DNA of 64,000 nt, from positions 11,345 to 75,344 of the forward strand of contig JAFQDC010000107.1 of the NCBI GenBank assembly GCA_017416205.1, written 5' to 3'. Numbering within the stretch: position 1 is the first letter of the stretch; every line of letters starts with the position of its first letter. A program made the translations under genes and the position numbers. The DNA is from Clostridia bacterium. GTDB taxonomy: Bacteria > Bacillota > Clostridia > Oscillospirales > CAG-272. The notes beneath the pieces were generated by a model. It was not told where the DNA came from. It did no database searches and worked only from the letters and a program-made list of their open reading frames with translations. Positions 40,018 to 49,644 of this stretch are shown one piece after another.

Positions 40018-41790
40018 ATGATTTTGACACATAACAGGGATAGCGAATATCAGATCATTTATCCCCAGAATCCCACACCTTCTGAAAAATATGCAGTTGC
40101 AGAACTGAAAAAGTATTTGTTTAAGATTACCGGCGCTATGATTCCTGAGTTTCAGGATAACCGTCACGAGGAAGAAAAGGAGATCATTGTTGGTTTCACA
40201 TCCCGCGGCGGATATACCGATGCTGAAAAAGAGGAGCTTGGTAAGGAAGGCTTTATAATCAAAACTGTTGATGAGAAGATATACATTATAGGTAGCGGTG
40301 TACGAGGTGCACTCTACGGTGTATATTCTTTCCTTGAGGAATACTGCGGATGCAGATTCTACACTAATGATTTTGAAAAGGTTCCCGTAAACCGTGAGCT
40401 TGAGATCCCTGCTATTGAGTATAACAAACAGGTTCCTCAGTTCTTCTACAGAAATCCTTACTGGAAGTCTGTAGGTGATGTTGGTATCGCTGCAAAGCTC
40501 AAGATCAACGGTTGCCACGGTCGTGAGCGTTTCCCTGATTATCTCGGCGGCGACGTAAACTATCAGGGCGGATTTGAGCATACGATCGGCTGGCTTTCCG
40601 GTCAGTGTCCTTATGGTGAGAGAGCCTGGGTACAGCCCTGCCTTTCAGACGAGAATGTTTATCAGACTGTTATCGGCAATATCCGCAATATGCTGAAGGA
40701 GCATCCTGATGCAAGTCTTATTTCCATTACTCAGAATGACGGTGATACAGGTGCTTGTAAGTGTGATAAGTGCCGCCCCATCAACGAGGCTGAGGAGAGC
40801 GGAATGGGAACTATGCTTAAGTTCGTGAACCGTATTGCTGAAGAGCTTGAGCCTGAGTATCCCGATGTTCTCTTTGATACATTTGCTTACAGATTTACAC
40901 GTAAGCCTCCCAAGACTATCCGTCCCAGAAAGAACGTTGTTGTAAGACTTTGTTCTATTGAATGCTGCTTCCGTCATCCTCTTTCAGACTGCGATATAAC
41001 CCCCGGTCACGATGACGTTGAGCGTAGCTTTGCTATAGATCTCAAGGAATGGAGCGAGGTTGCACCTAACCTTACTATCTGGAACTATACAACAAACTTT
41101 ACAAACTTCTCAGTTCTTTTCCCCAATATCGAAACCTGGAGAAAAAATGCTCGTTTCTTTGCAGAGCATAAGGCAAAGGGTCTCTTTGAGCAGGGTAACT
41201 ATGCTTCTCTCAACGGTGAGTTTGGTGAGCTTAAGGGTTATATGCTTGCGCGTACGTGCTGGGATCCTTATATGTCCGAAGAGAAGTACGTTGAGTATAT
41301 CAAGGAGTTCATTATGGACTTCTACGGACCCGGCGGAAATCATATGATGGATTACCTCAAGATGGTTCTTGATAATTCCAAGGAAGCTCATCTCGGTATC
41401 TATTATGATACAATCACAAATTATCTTTGGATCAAGGACTGTGAAACAAAGCTTGAGGGCCAGTGGGAGTTTATCCTCCGTGCAAATCAGATGTTCGATG
41501 CAATGGAAGAGGCTGCAGAAACTGACGTTCAGCTTGCAAATATCCGCCGTACAAGAATCCACCTTCTCGATTATATTGACTTTACTATCCGCGATGAAAG
41601 AGAAGCGGCTGAAACTGAAGAGCAGAAGGCAGAGCTTACAGAGCAGCTTCACGAAAATCAGAAAAAGCGCTTCGATTATATGAGAAAGTATAACGTTACT
41701 CATAACCACGAATTCCACGATATAGACTCACTTAGCGATCCTAACTATGAACAGCACGCTCTTCTTTGGAAGTGCCCCAATGAATTCTGA
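40018..41790 (+). CDS. putative glycoside-hydrolase-like protein (DUF4838-like)
   Basis: 590 aa with no signal peptide. The ITQNDGDTGACKCDKC cysteine motif and overall layout recall DUF4838 proteins. Assignment from memory only. Confidence 0.45.
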   Translation: MILTHNRDSEYQIIYPQNPTPSEKYAVAELKKYLFKITGAMIPEFQDNRHEEEKEIIVGFTSRGGYTDAEKEELGKEGFIIKTVDEKIYIIGSGVRGALYGVYSFLEEYCGCRFYTNDFEKVPVNRELEIPAIEYNKQVPQFFYRNPYWKSVGDVGIAAKLKINGCHGRERFPDYLGGDVNYQGGFEHTIGWLSGQCPYGERAWVQPCLSDENVYQTVIGNIRNMLKEHPDASLISITQNDGDTGACKCDKCRPINEAEESGMGTMLKFVNRIAEELEPEYPDVLFDTFAYRFTRKPPKTIRPRKNVVVRLCSIECCFRHPLSDCDITPGHDDVERSFAIDLKEWSEVAPNLTIWNYTTNFTNFSVLFPNIETWRKNARFFAEHKAKGLFEQGNYASLNGEFGELKGYMLARTCWDPYMSEEKYVEYIKEFIMDFYGPGGNHMMDYLKMVLDNSKEAHLGIYYDTITNYLWIKDCETKLEGQWEFILRANQMFDAMEEAAETDVQLANIRRTRIHLLDYIDFTIRDEREAAETEEQKAELTEQLHENQKKRFDYMRKYNVTHNHEFHDIDSLSDPNYEQHALLWKCPNEF

Positions 41791-41807
41791 TAACTAAGGA
41801 GATAATT

Positions 41808-42770
41808 ATGAAACTTGGTATGATCATGGGCTGTGAGCCCAAGAGCTTTGATGAAGCGAAAGAGCTTGGACTTGACTTTGTCGAGTTTGACCTTAATAAC
41901 CCCGGATACTGGGGACCTATGATGGATGATGTTCTTCCTATTAAGGAGGAGCTGAAGGCTGCCAGTGAGCGTACGGGAATTGAGGTTGGAGCCATCGGCA
42001 GATGGGGAAGTCAGATAATTGCCAAGGACGGCAGCATTGATGAGTGGGAGCTTAATGAAGTAAAGAAAGCAATTGATCTTACTCAGTATCTTGGCGCTCA
42101 TCACTACCTTATGTCCTGTAACTACGTTCCCGAGATTACATATTATCAGAACATCACTTCTGCTATCAATATGTTTAAGATCCTCGTTGAATACGGTAAG
42201 GAAAGAGACGTTACTATCTGTGCCGTTAACTGCCAGATGGGACACAACTATATCCGCACACCCGAGCAGTGGAAGCTTGTCCTTGACGAGGTTCCCGGTC
42301 TTATGATCAAGTATGACCCCTCACATAGCTTCGTTCACGGCGGCGAAAAGGGTGCATATATGCAGGAAGGTCTTGACTGGGGTGATAAATTTGGATATAT
42401 CCACGTTAAAGGTGTAATCCAGGCAGGTGATTCTCAGGAGGTTGAGACCTGGAAGAATTTCCATCTTATGAGAAAGTACAATCAGATGGCAAATGCTATT
42501 TCCAAGGAAACTGAGGAAGGCAAGAAATTCGCTGAGCTTTTCGCAAAGCTTAACGATGAGATCATTGGTCACGGCTTTAACCACAGAAATTATGATAATC
42601 CTCCTGCGGGTCTTGATGCAATCGACTGGAGAGGATTCATGGCAATTCTTTACAAGTACGGCTTTGACGGTCATCTTTCCATCGAGCCTCATTCTCCATC
42701 CTGGACCGGAGAAAAGGGTGATAAGGGTGTTAAGTACACGATCAAGTATATGAGAGATCTTATGATCTGA
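41808..42770 (+). CDS. sugar phosphate isomerase/epimerase (xylose-isomerase-like TIM barrel)
   Basis: 320 aa. Pattern typical of AP-endonuclease-2/XI-like TIM barrels (DFVEFDL..., HVKG, SIEPH). Confidence 0.7.
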   Translation: MKLGMIMGCEPKSFDEAKELGLDFVEFDLNNPGYWGPMMDDVLPIKEELKAASERTGIEVGAIGRWGSQIIAKDGSIDEWELNEVKKAIDLTQYLGAHHYLMSCNYVPEITYYQNITSAINMFKILVEYGKERDVTICAVNCQMGHNYIRTPEQWKLVLDEVPGLMIKYDPSHSFVHGGEKGAYMQEGLDWGDKFGYIHVKGVIQAGDSQEVETWKNFHLMRKYNQMANAISKETEEGKKFAELFAKLNDEIIGHGFNHRNYDNPPAGLDAIDWRGFMAILYKYGFDGHLSIEPHSPSWTGEKGDKGVKYTIKYMRDLMI

Positions 42771-42774
42771 TATT

Positions 42775-42809
42775 AAAAATGACAGAGCTTACGCTCTGTC
42801 ATTTTTTTC
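42775..42809. terminator. bidirectional terminator shared by convergent genes
   Basis: ATGACAGAGC ttac GCTCTGTCAT flanked by an A-run and a T-run. The last codons of the glycyl-radical enzyme (GRE) gene lie within the hairpin. Confidence 0.8.
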
Positions 42810-44924
42810 TATATTATCAATTATCATATCCTGCCATTCCTTTGAAAGAGTAACAAATCTTGCGCTCCAGCCTGCAATTCTTACAGATAGGGCAGGGTAA
42901 TTCTCGGGATTTTCCTGAGCATCTCGAAGGATTGCAGAATCAGCAACATCGATCTGCATAAAGAATCCTCCAAGCTCGCAAAAGCCTTGTATAAGCCCGC
43001 ATAGAGCATTTAGTCCGTAATCTCCTTTAACATCGTTGGGCAGTAGTCTTATATCAAGGGCTGCACCGTTGGATATCTGAGAAAAATCAGCTTTACAATA
43101 GGAATTAATAATAGCAGTCGCTCCTTGAAATGCCGTTGCAGGTGTGGGATCCATATTGTTTGCAAGTACACTACCTGCTTTTTGTCCGCTTGGAAGAGCA
43201 TATCTGTGTTTTGCCCATCCAATTTGACGTCCAAAAGTGCTGACTCCCGCAGGAAACTTAAAATCAGCCTCAGGTTCCAATTCTTTGCATATATCAGCAA
43301 AGTCTGAAAGAATTTCTCGTACAATTATATCAACCTCGTCATTATCATTACCATAGTATGAAAGCTTCGACAATGCATAATGACGTAATTCCTCAGCATC
43401 CTCCCAATTTGAATCTAGTGCTTTCATGAGATCACTGAAATTAATCTTATTTTCATCCCATACGAGCTTCTTTATAGCATAAAGACTGTTAGCAACATCT
43501 GCAAGTCCGCCGAGATGGGGGGAGAATACAGTATATTCTGTGCCGCCATTTGTGTAAGACAGACCTTTTTCTATACAATTATCCACAAAAAGAGAGATCA
43601 CGGTGCAGGGGACGCTTTCGTTCCACTCGTAAACGACTTCGTCTTTGCTTTTCTGCCGCTCTACGCGGTCTTTGTGTATAGCAGTGATTTGGTCCTTGAG
43701 ATCAGCTATATAGTGATTATATAGTTCTGAAAAAGATTCATATTTTACTTCACCGGAATAGTCGCCGAGAGTTTTTTGCTGTAAGATGGCAAGCGCATCA
43801 AATGGAATATAAGTGAAACGAGTTTTACCGGGTGGCATAACCTCCCAGCACCCATCATTCGCAAAAGATCTCGCTTCTTTCAGCGTGTATCCGTTGTTTT
43901 GAAGAGCGCTTATTACAATGTCTTCGTTATAAATAGCTATAACACCGTTTCCGTGTCGCATCACCTGCGCAACTCTCTCAAGTAGCTTTCGGGGTGTATT
44001 TTTTCCTATTCTTACAGAAATAGGAAAGTCGGAAATTCCAAGCTCTTCAACTATATCAAGAACCAGATATGTTACTTCGTTTGTAATATCATTGCCGTTT
44101 TCGTCACATCCGCTAAGAACTATATTCTGATAATGCTGTGCATCACCGCTGACGTAATTACCTCCTGAAACCCATTCACAGCCTTTTATAAAGAAATGAG
44201 CAAGGAGCTCTCTTGCTTCTGAAAGGGTCAAAATACCATTTTCCAGATCTTTTTTGAGGTAATCACCAAGGAGCATATCTATTCTGCCAATCCCAGGCCA
44301 ATTTCCGCAAAGGCGGCAAAAAGCAAATACTGCCCATATGCTTTGAAGAGCCTCATAGAAGCTTTCAGCGGGTAAGAAGGGGACCTTCGAAAGATTGCGT
44401 GCATTGTTCCTATATCCTTCGCGTTTATTAAGAGCATCAACATAGCGCTCAATCCATATCTTAAACGAATCGATAACAGAGATACAGCTTTCGAGAAATT
44501 CGCGGTTGTCATCATGACATCTGAATAGGCTACTCAGAGCATTTTCTCTTATCCCGTTAATTCCAATATCAAGTGTCTTTTGGTAATTTATCGTAAGGTG
44601 TGATATACCGAGAAAAACGTGCCAGTCATCGATTTTAAAGGGGACCCAATGACTAATAGCATCACCTAACGTAGCTGCACAAGATATCTTCTCACCTTTG
44701 CATATGCGTATTGGCGCATTTTCTGCAATTTCCCTTATAGCTGCATCATATTTTTTTTGTGGAGACAGTGATGCTATTGGGTCAGTTGAAGAAAGATTAA
44801 TACAAGGATTCTTTTTAGTATCAAGACCATATTTATGTTCGTATAATGATTCATACGCAAACCTGCGTGTATCCTCGCTTAATCGTATAGGGCGTTCTTC
44901 GCAAAAAGAAGTATAGAACTTCAT
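42789..44924 (-). CDS. glycyl radical enzyme (pyruvate formate-lyase superfamily), substrate unknown
   Basis: 711 aa. C-terminal glycyl-radical loop LSVRIAGWSARFVTLSKEWQDMII (RVxG[YFW]) and a Cys-loop candidate NDGCWEV. Confidence 0.8.
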   Translation of the reverse strand: MKFYTSFCEERPIRLSEDTRRFAYESLYEHKYGLDTKKNPCINLSSTDPIASLSPQKKYDAAIREIAENAPIRICKGEKISCAATLGDAISHWVPFKIDDWHVFLGISHLTINYQKTLDIGINGIRENALSSLFRCHDDNREFLESCISVIDSFKIWIERYVDALNKREGYRNNARNLSKVPFLPAESFYEALQSIWAVFAFCRLCGNWPGIGRIDMLLGDYLKKDLENGILTLSEARELLAHFFIKGCEWVSGGNYVSGDAQHYQNIVLSGCDENGNDITNEVTYLVLDIVEELGISDFPISVRIGKNTPRKLLERVAQVMRHGNGVIAIYNEDIVISALQNNGYTLKEARSFANDGCWEVMPPGKTRFTYIPFDALAILQQKTLGDYSGEVKYESFSELYNHYIADLKDQITAIHKDRVERQKSKDEVVYEWNESVPCTVISLFVDNCIEKGLSYTNGGTEYTVFSPHLGGLADVANSLYAIKKLVWDENKINFSDLMKALDSNWEDAEELRHYALSKLSYYGNDNDEVDIIVREILSDFADICKELEPEADFKFPAGVSTFGRQIGWAKHRYALPSGQKAGSVLANNMDPTPATAFQGATAIINSYCKADFSQISNGAALDIRLLPNDVKGDYGLNALCGLIQGFCELGGFFMQIDVADSAILRDAQENPENYPALSVRIAGWSARFVTLSKEWQDMIIDNIEKNDRA

Positions 44925-45003
44925 GTATCTAACCTCTCATATAAGTCTATTGTGTTATATGTTAACTATAACATACATATTTCTAGTTTGTCAATAAGCA
45001 TAT

Positions 45004-45039
45004 AAAAAGGTCGGAAGACAATTAGCTTCCGACCTTTTT
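45004..45039. terminator. bidirectional terminator
   Basis: A-run, GGTCGGAAG ... CTTCCGACC, T-run. Confidence 0.8.
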
Positions 45040-45040
45040 A

Positions 45041-45277
45041 TTATCTGATTTCAACAGTAACCTTCATGTCCGCAAGTTTTGCGGCAGCTTTGGTTACGGT
45101 ACGGATAGCTCTAGCAATATTACCGTGCTTTCCGATCACCATTCCCATATCGCTTTCAGCGACTTTGAGAGTTAATGTGACATTGTCGCCGTTGATCTCC
45201 TGGGTAACTTTAACTTCGTCAGGGTTATCAACGATCGATTTTGCCATGTCTTCAAGAAGACGAACAAGATCTATCAT
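45041..45277 (-). CDS. KH-domain RNA-binding protein (YlqC/UPF0109)
   Basis: 78 aa. The GxxG-type motif VIGKHGNIARAIRTV. Sits downstream of rpsP as in the conserved operon. Confidence 0.85.
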   Translation of the reverse strand: MIDLVRLLEDMAKSIVDNPDEVKVTQEINGDNVTLTLKVAESDMGMVIGKHGNIARAIRTVTKAAAKLADMKVTVEIR

Positions 45278-45298
45278 TGACTTCCTCCGGGACTGATA

Positions 45299-45541
45299 TT
45301 ACTCAGCGTCAGAGTAGTTGTCGATGAGAGCCTTTACAGTGTCAGTGGGCTGAGCACCGTTAGCAATCCACTTGTTGATAGCTTCCTTGTTGAGCTTAAC
45401 TGTTGCAGGCTCAGTCATGGGGTTGTAAGTACCAACCTCTTCGATGAAACGACCGTCACGGGGATAACGGGAATCTGCTACTACTACACGGTAAAAGGGA
45501 GCCTTCTTTGCGCCCATTCTTCTAAGTCTGATCTTAACCAT
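45299..45541 (-). CDS. rpsP: 30S ribosomal protein S16
   Basis: [25 protein letters not shown]... The ATG is preceded by GGAGG. The ORF-track start at 45556 is an upstream TTG. Confidence 0.95.
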   Translation of the reverse strand: MVKIRLRRMGAKKAPFYRVVVADSRYPRDGRFIEEVGTYNPMTEPATVKLNKEAINKWIANGAQPTDTVKALIDNYSDAE

Positions 45542-45608
45542 TTTTTCTTCCTCCAAATTAATGTAAATAATTATTTGTTGTTTTATATAAAAATCCGTCA
45601 GAAACTAT

Positions 45609-46940
45609 TTAGAAACCAAACGGCATTTTCATCTTTTTCTTACCTTTTTTACCCATATTGCTGAGCTGCTTGAACATTTTGTTCATCTGCTCATACTGTT
45701 TCATGAGTCTGTTAACCTCTTCAACGCTCGTGCCGCTTCCTTTAGCAATACGCTTACGGCGGGAGCCGTTGATGATATCTGGCTTATCTCTTTCTTTTTG
45801 TGTCATGGAAAGGATGATAGCCTCTGTTTTGGCAAGGGCATTTTCATCAATCTTTGCATCCTTGAGTGCACCGGCATTCATTCCCGGCATCATTGCCATA
45901 ATGCTTTCAAGACTTCCCATATTCTTGAGCTGTCTGAGCTGATCCAAATAATCGGAAAGAGTAAAGGTGTTCTCGCGAAGCTTCTTTTCAAGCTCTGCCG
46001 CCTTCTTTTCATCAATGGCCTGCTCAGCCTTTTCAATAAGGGAAAGCACGTCGCCCATGCCGAGGATACGGGATGCCATTCTGTCAGGGTGGAAGGGCTC
46101 GATTGTATCAAGCTTCTCTCCGGTACCCACAAACTTGATAGGCTTTCCTGTAACGTGTCTTACAGAAAGGGCAGCGCCTCCTCGGGTATCACCGTCAAGC
46201 TTTGTAAGAATGACACCTGTGATATCAAGAAGATCATTAAATGATTTTGAAACGTTAACAGCATCCTGACCAAGCATTGCATCTACAACGAGAAGTATCT
46301 CTGTAGGATTTACTGTTTTCTTTATATCAGAAAGCTCTGCCATCAGAACTTCGTCAACATGGAGTCGGCCGGCGGTATCAAGGAATACCATATCATAGCC
46401 TTTACGCTTTGCGTAGTCAATAGCTTCCTTTGCTATCTTTACAGGGCTTGTATTGCCCATTTCAAAAACGGGGATCCCTGTCTGCTCACCAACTACCTGA
46501 AGCTGTTTGATAGCCGCAGGACGGTAAATATCGCAGGCAACCAGCAAAGGATTCTTGCCTTGCTTTTTATAAAGGGAAGCGAGCTTCGCTGAATGCGTTG
46601 TTTTACCTGCACCCTGAAGACCGCACATCATAATTATTGTAGGAGGATTGGATGCTATCTGAAGCTTTGACTGAGTGCTGCCCATAAGCTTTATGAGTTC
46701 TTCATTTACGATCTTTACGATCTGCTGGGAGGGAACAAGGCTTTCCATGACCTCGGCTCCGACTGCACGCTCAGAAACTTCCTTTACAAAATCCTTCGTT
46801 ACTTTAAAACTAACGTCTGCTTCAAGGAGCGCAAGCTTAATCTCGCGCATTCCTTCCTTTATATCGGCCTCGGTAAGCTTACCTTTGTTACGGAATTTTC
46901 CGAGAGCTTTATTCAGTTTTTCTGAAAGACTGGAAAACAT
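45609..46940 (-). CDS. ffh: signal recognition particle protein Ffh
   Basis: 443 aa. NG domain (GLQGAGKTT, DTAGR, TKLDG) and a Met-rich M domain. Confidence 0.95.
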   Translation of the reverse strand: MFSSLSEKLNKALGKFRNKGKLTEADIKEGMREIKLALLEADVSFKVTKDFVKEVSERAVGAEVMESLVPSQQIVKIVNEELIKLMGSTQSKLQIASNPPTIIMMCGLQGAGKTTHSAKLASLYKKQGKNPLLVACDIYRPAAIKQLQVVGEQTGIPVFEMGNTSPVKIAKEAIDYAKRKGYDMVFLDTAGRLHVDEVLMAELSDIKKTVNPTEILLVVDAMLGQDAVNVSKSFNDLLDITGVILTKLDGDTRGGAALSVRHVTGKPIKFVGTGEKLDTIEPFHPDRMASRILGMGDVLSLIEKAEQAIDEKKAAELEKKLRENTFTLSDYLDQLRQLKNMGSLESIMAMMPGMNAGALKDAKIDENALAKTEAIILSMTQKERDKPDIINGSRRKRIAKGSGTSVEEVNRLMKQYEQMNKMFKQLSNMGKKGKKKMKMPFGF

Positions 46941-46959
46941 CGCTTACCGCACCTTCCTT

Positions 46960-47307
46960 TTATAAATTCAGTTCAGACAGTTCTTTTGCTATCATTTTGA
47001 GTTTTAAAGCACTTTGCTCATCCTTAGCTTCTATGCTGTTAAGTTCTTTTGATATATCAGCGATTTGCCCACGAAGCTCTTCGTATCTGCCTGCAAGCCC
47101 AAGCTTTTCTTCAAGCTCGAGTAGCTCCGCCTCACTTTTTTTAATAGCATCGCGAACTCCCTGGCGTGATATGCCTGATATTTCAGCGATCTCGCTAAGT
47201 GAAAGATCGTCATTATAATATAGCCCTGTGAGCTCTCTTTTTCTATCAGAAAGGATATCTCCGTAGAAGTCAAGCAGAAGGGAAATATGCATATCCTTTT
47301 TGAACAT
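46960..47307 (-). CDS. ylxM: YlxM/UPF0122 putative DNA-binding protein
   Basis: LLLDFYGDILSDRKRE....LSLSEIAEISGISRQGV HTH, located upstream of ffh. I prefer the ATG after GGAGTG. Confidence 0.8.
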   Translation of the reverse strand: MFKKDMHISLLLDFYGDILSDRKRELTGLYYNDDLSLSEIAEISGISRQGVRDAIKKSEAELLELEEKLGLAGRYEELRGQIADISKELNSIEAKDEQSALKLKMIAKELSELNL

Positions 47308-47385
47308 ATAACACTCCAAAAACACTGTAAAGCAAAATGCTTTACAAGTATAACATCAGTTATTTAATTTGTCAATACCTTTTTA

Positions 47386-47420
47386 TAAAAAAATCGGCAG
47401 TAATTTTTACTGCCGATTTT
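47386..47420 (-). terminator. terminator downstream of the 47430-47873 gene (hairpin usable on both strands)
   Basis: ATCGGCAGTA ... TACTGCCGAT with A-run and T-run flanks. Confidence 0.75.
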
Positions 47421-47429
47421 AATGTTAAT

Positions 47430-47873
47430 TTAGGAAAGCTTTGTTACGATAGCCTCAGCCCAACGTACGATTTCTGTACGCTCCTCAAGGGAGATCTTCT
47501 TACCGCCAAAGATTGCAGGACCGCCGTTTACATAATAGATATCATCTGTAAGGACGTTTGTGCCTGCCTCCTTGAGAGTTTCGATTACAGTCTTAAGACC
47601 GGGGTTGCTGTCAAGCTTGGGGCCGTCAACGAAGAGAGCAACGTTATGAGCTCTTGCGGGAGTAAGCTCGCGGCAGAAAAGACGAAGCTTATCGTCGGGA
47701 GAATCCTTAATTGTCATACCGATAAATACAACTCTTTCCTTATCGCAGGGGTATGCGGGGGGAACATCGTTTACAAGGCACTTGAATGCCTCAGCAATTG
47801 CAGTAGCAAAGGTCTTAACCTTAGCCTTCTTTGTAGAGTGCATAACTCTAACTTTTACCTTAGGTGCAGCCAT
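47430..47873 (-). CDS. hypothetical protein (flavodoxin-like fold suspected)
   Basis: 147 aa with a good GGAGGT RBS. The alternating beta/alpha pattern suggests a fold, but no cofactor motif was recognised. Confidence 0.4.
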   Translation of the reverse strand: MAAPKVKVRVMHSTKKAKVKTFATAIAEAFKCLVNDVPPAYPCDKERVVFIGMTIKDSPDDKLRLFCRELTPARAHNVALFVDGPKLDSNPGLKTVIETLKEAGTNVLTDDIYYVNGGPAIFGGKKISLEERTEIVRWAEAIVTKLS

Positions 47874-48018
47874 TTTTTACCTCCAAGTGATCGAAATATT
47901 GTAACGATCGAATATTATGTTACTAAAGAGCATTATAACATACGTATGGTTAAAAAGCAAGACAATATTGAATTAATATATGCAATTTTGTTACATCTCC
48001 AACGGTAACTCCAGTTAA

Positions 48019-48669
48019 TTATCTTATAAACAGCCTTGCAAACTTTTTACTTTTTGCAAGTGTTGCTGCAAGAACAGGACTGCAGATTGCTGTTACGATA
48101 ACCTCGAGAACAAAATTTGTGATTACCATTAGGAACATTGCTCCGAATACGCTGAAAAACGTAGCTTCAGGATCAAAACCAAAGTAGGACTGTCCGTTGA
48201 CCGTCATATTTCTGAAGAATACTGCCATACCGACAAGATATATTGCAGTATTAGTTACAGGTACAATGACAGCCGATGCAAGAGTAGCAGGGAAGACCTT
48301 ATTCTTTGTTATCTTCATAAATGCTTTGTAAATCAAAGCACCGAAAATACCGGCTAGAATACCTTTCATCATACAAACCGCAAATGTCTCAATGGGTTTG
48401 TAACCAAGCATAAGGTTTGTAAAGGCATCGAGACCGAAGAAACCGTAAAGGAAACATACGATTCCAAAGAGAGCGCCGAGAATTGCTCCGCCTCCAATAC
48501 CAAACATTGCACCTGCGATTACAATTGGAACAAGTGCAAGGGTAGGGGCTACAACACCAATCTTAACAAGCATAGTAGCCAAAAGCTGAAGGACTACAAG
48601 CAGTGCGCAAAGTAGAGCGAGTTGAACCATTTTCTGGTTCTTTGAGTGTGTGTCAATTCTATTTGACAT
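48019..48669 (-). CDS. ECF transporter S component (candidate pantothenate-specific PanT by linkage to coaX)
   Basis: 216 aa with about six TM helices and a Gly-rich ECF-S-like pattern. Lies immediately downstream of coaX. GGGAGG RBS. Confidence 0.65.
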   Translation of the reverse strand: MSNRIDTHSKNQKMVQLALLCALLVVLQLLATMLVKIGVVAPTLALVPIVIAGAMFGIGGGAILGALFGIVCFLYGFFGLDAFTNLMLGYKPIETFAVCMMKGILAGIFGALIYKAFMKITKNKVFPATLASAVIVPVTNTAIYLVGMAVFFRNMTVNGQSYFGFDPEATFFSVFGAMFLMVITNFVLEVIVTAICSPVLAATLAKSKKFARLFIR

Positions 48670-48803
48670 AAATAACCTCCCGGGACTTTAACCCGATGTT
48701 GACTTCTGAATAATACATTCAGTAAGTCACATGTAATGAAATATATAATCAAGCCAAAGGCCTAACTATCAAATTTTGTATAATAACAAGAAGTTTTGTA
48801 TAA

Positions 48804-49595
48804 TTAAGAGTGCCTGTTTGAAATATTACAATAGAACAAATGAGCAGCGCCTTTAAGCGTAAGGTCTTTAGCAACCAGAAAGTCATCTCTGCACGCAGGA
48901 AGAATAACCTCAGAAAGCCCTCCCGTTCCTATTACTGCAAGCTTCTCACCGTTTTTACACAATTCTTTGGTTAATGCATTAATGAAACCATCGATAGCAA
49001 AGACATTGCTGTAATACACGCCACTACAGATACTATCATGGGAATTTTTTCCGATAATCGACACAGGAGTATTTAATGTAGTGTCTGATAGGAGCGCAGC
49101 GGATGAATTTAGTGCATTCAATGAAACTGTAGCTCCGGGAATAATAGAAGTTCCTACAAGGCATCCACTTGAATCAACCGCAGTCACTGTAGTTGCAGTA
49201 CCCAGATCGACAACTACGAACGGAGGCTTACGGCAAAGAAATGCAGCTGCAGTGTTTGAAACAATATCAGCTCCAAGCTGAGCTTGCACGTCGATTTTTA
49301 TAGGGAAACCTGTTCGCGTTCCTGAGCCAATAACGAACGGCTTTCTATTACATATTTTAAAAACAGCATTTGAAATACTTTCTGTAATTGAAGGAACTAC
49401 AGATGATATAACTGATGCATTTAATTTATCAAATACAGAATAATCAGAAAGCATCTGTTTAATTAGCAGATAATACTCATCACTTGTGCGAATTGTTGCA
49501 GAAGAAATAGCAAAACTGCAGATCATATTCTCGCAGGAATCGTTAAATACGCCCACCTTGATATTTGTATTGCCTATATCAAAAGCAAGAAGCAA
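48804..49595 (-). CDS. coaX: type III pantothenate kinase
   Basis: LLLAFDIGNTNIKVGVF and VVDLGTATT motifs of the ASKHA-fold CoaX. I prefer the TTG start, 6 nt after GAGGTGG, over the upstream GTG at 49610. Confidence 0.9.
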   Translation of the reverse strand: MLLAFDIGNTNIKVGVFNDSCENMICSFAISSATIRTSDEYYLLIKQMLSDYSVFDKLNASVISSVVPSITESISNAVFKICNRKPFVIGSGTRTGFPIKIDVQAQLGADIVSNTAAAFLCRKPPFVVVDLGTATTVTAVDSSGCLVGTSIIPGATVSLNALNSSAALLSDTTLNTPVSIIGKNSHDSICSGVYYSNVFAIDGFINALTKELCKNGEKLAVIGTGGLSEVILPACRDDFLVAKDLTLKGAAHLFYCNISNRHS

Positions 49596-49644
49596 ACCGG
49601 ACCACCTCACGTTTCTTGTAAAAAAGTATCATTAACCCTTCCCT

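Noticed and set aside
47337-48008. 223-aa plus-strand ORF opposite the 147-aa gene, running through a terminator hairpin.
   Set aside because: The minus-strand gene has a strong GGAGGT RBS and its own terminator. The plus-strand ORF begins in the ylxM promoter region and has no RBS.
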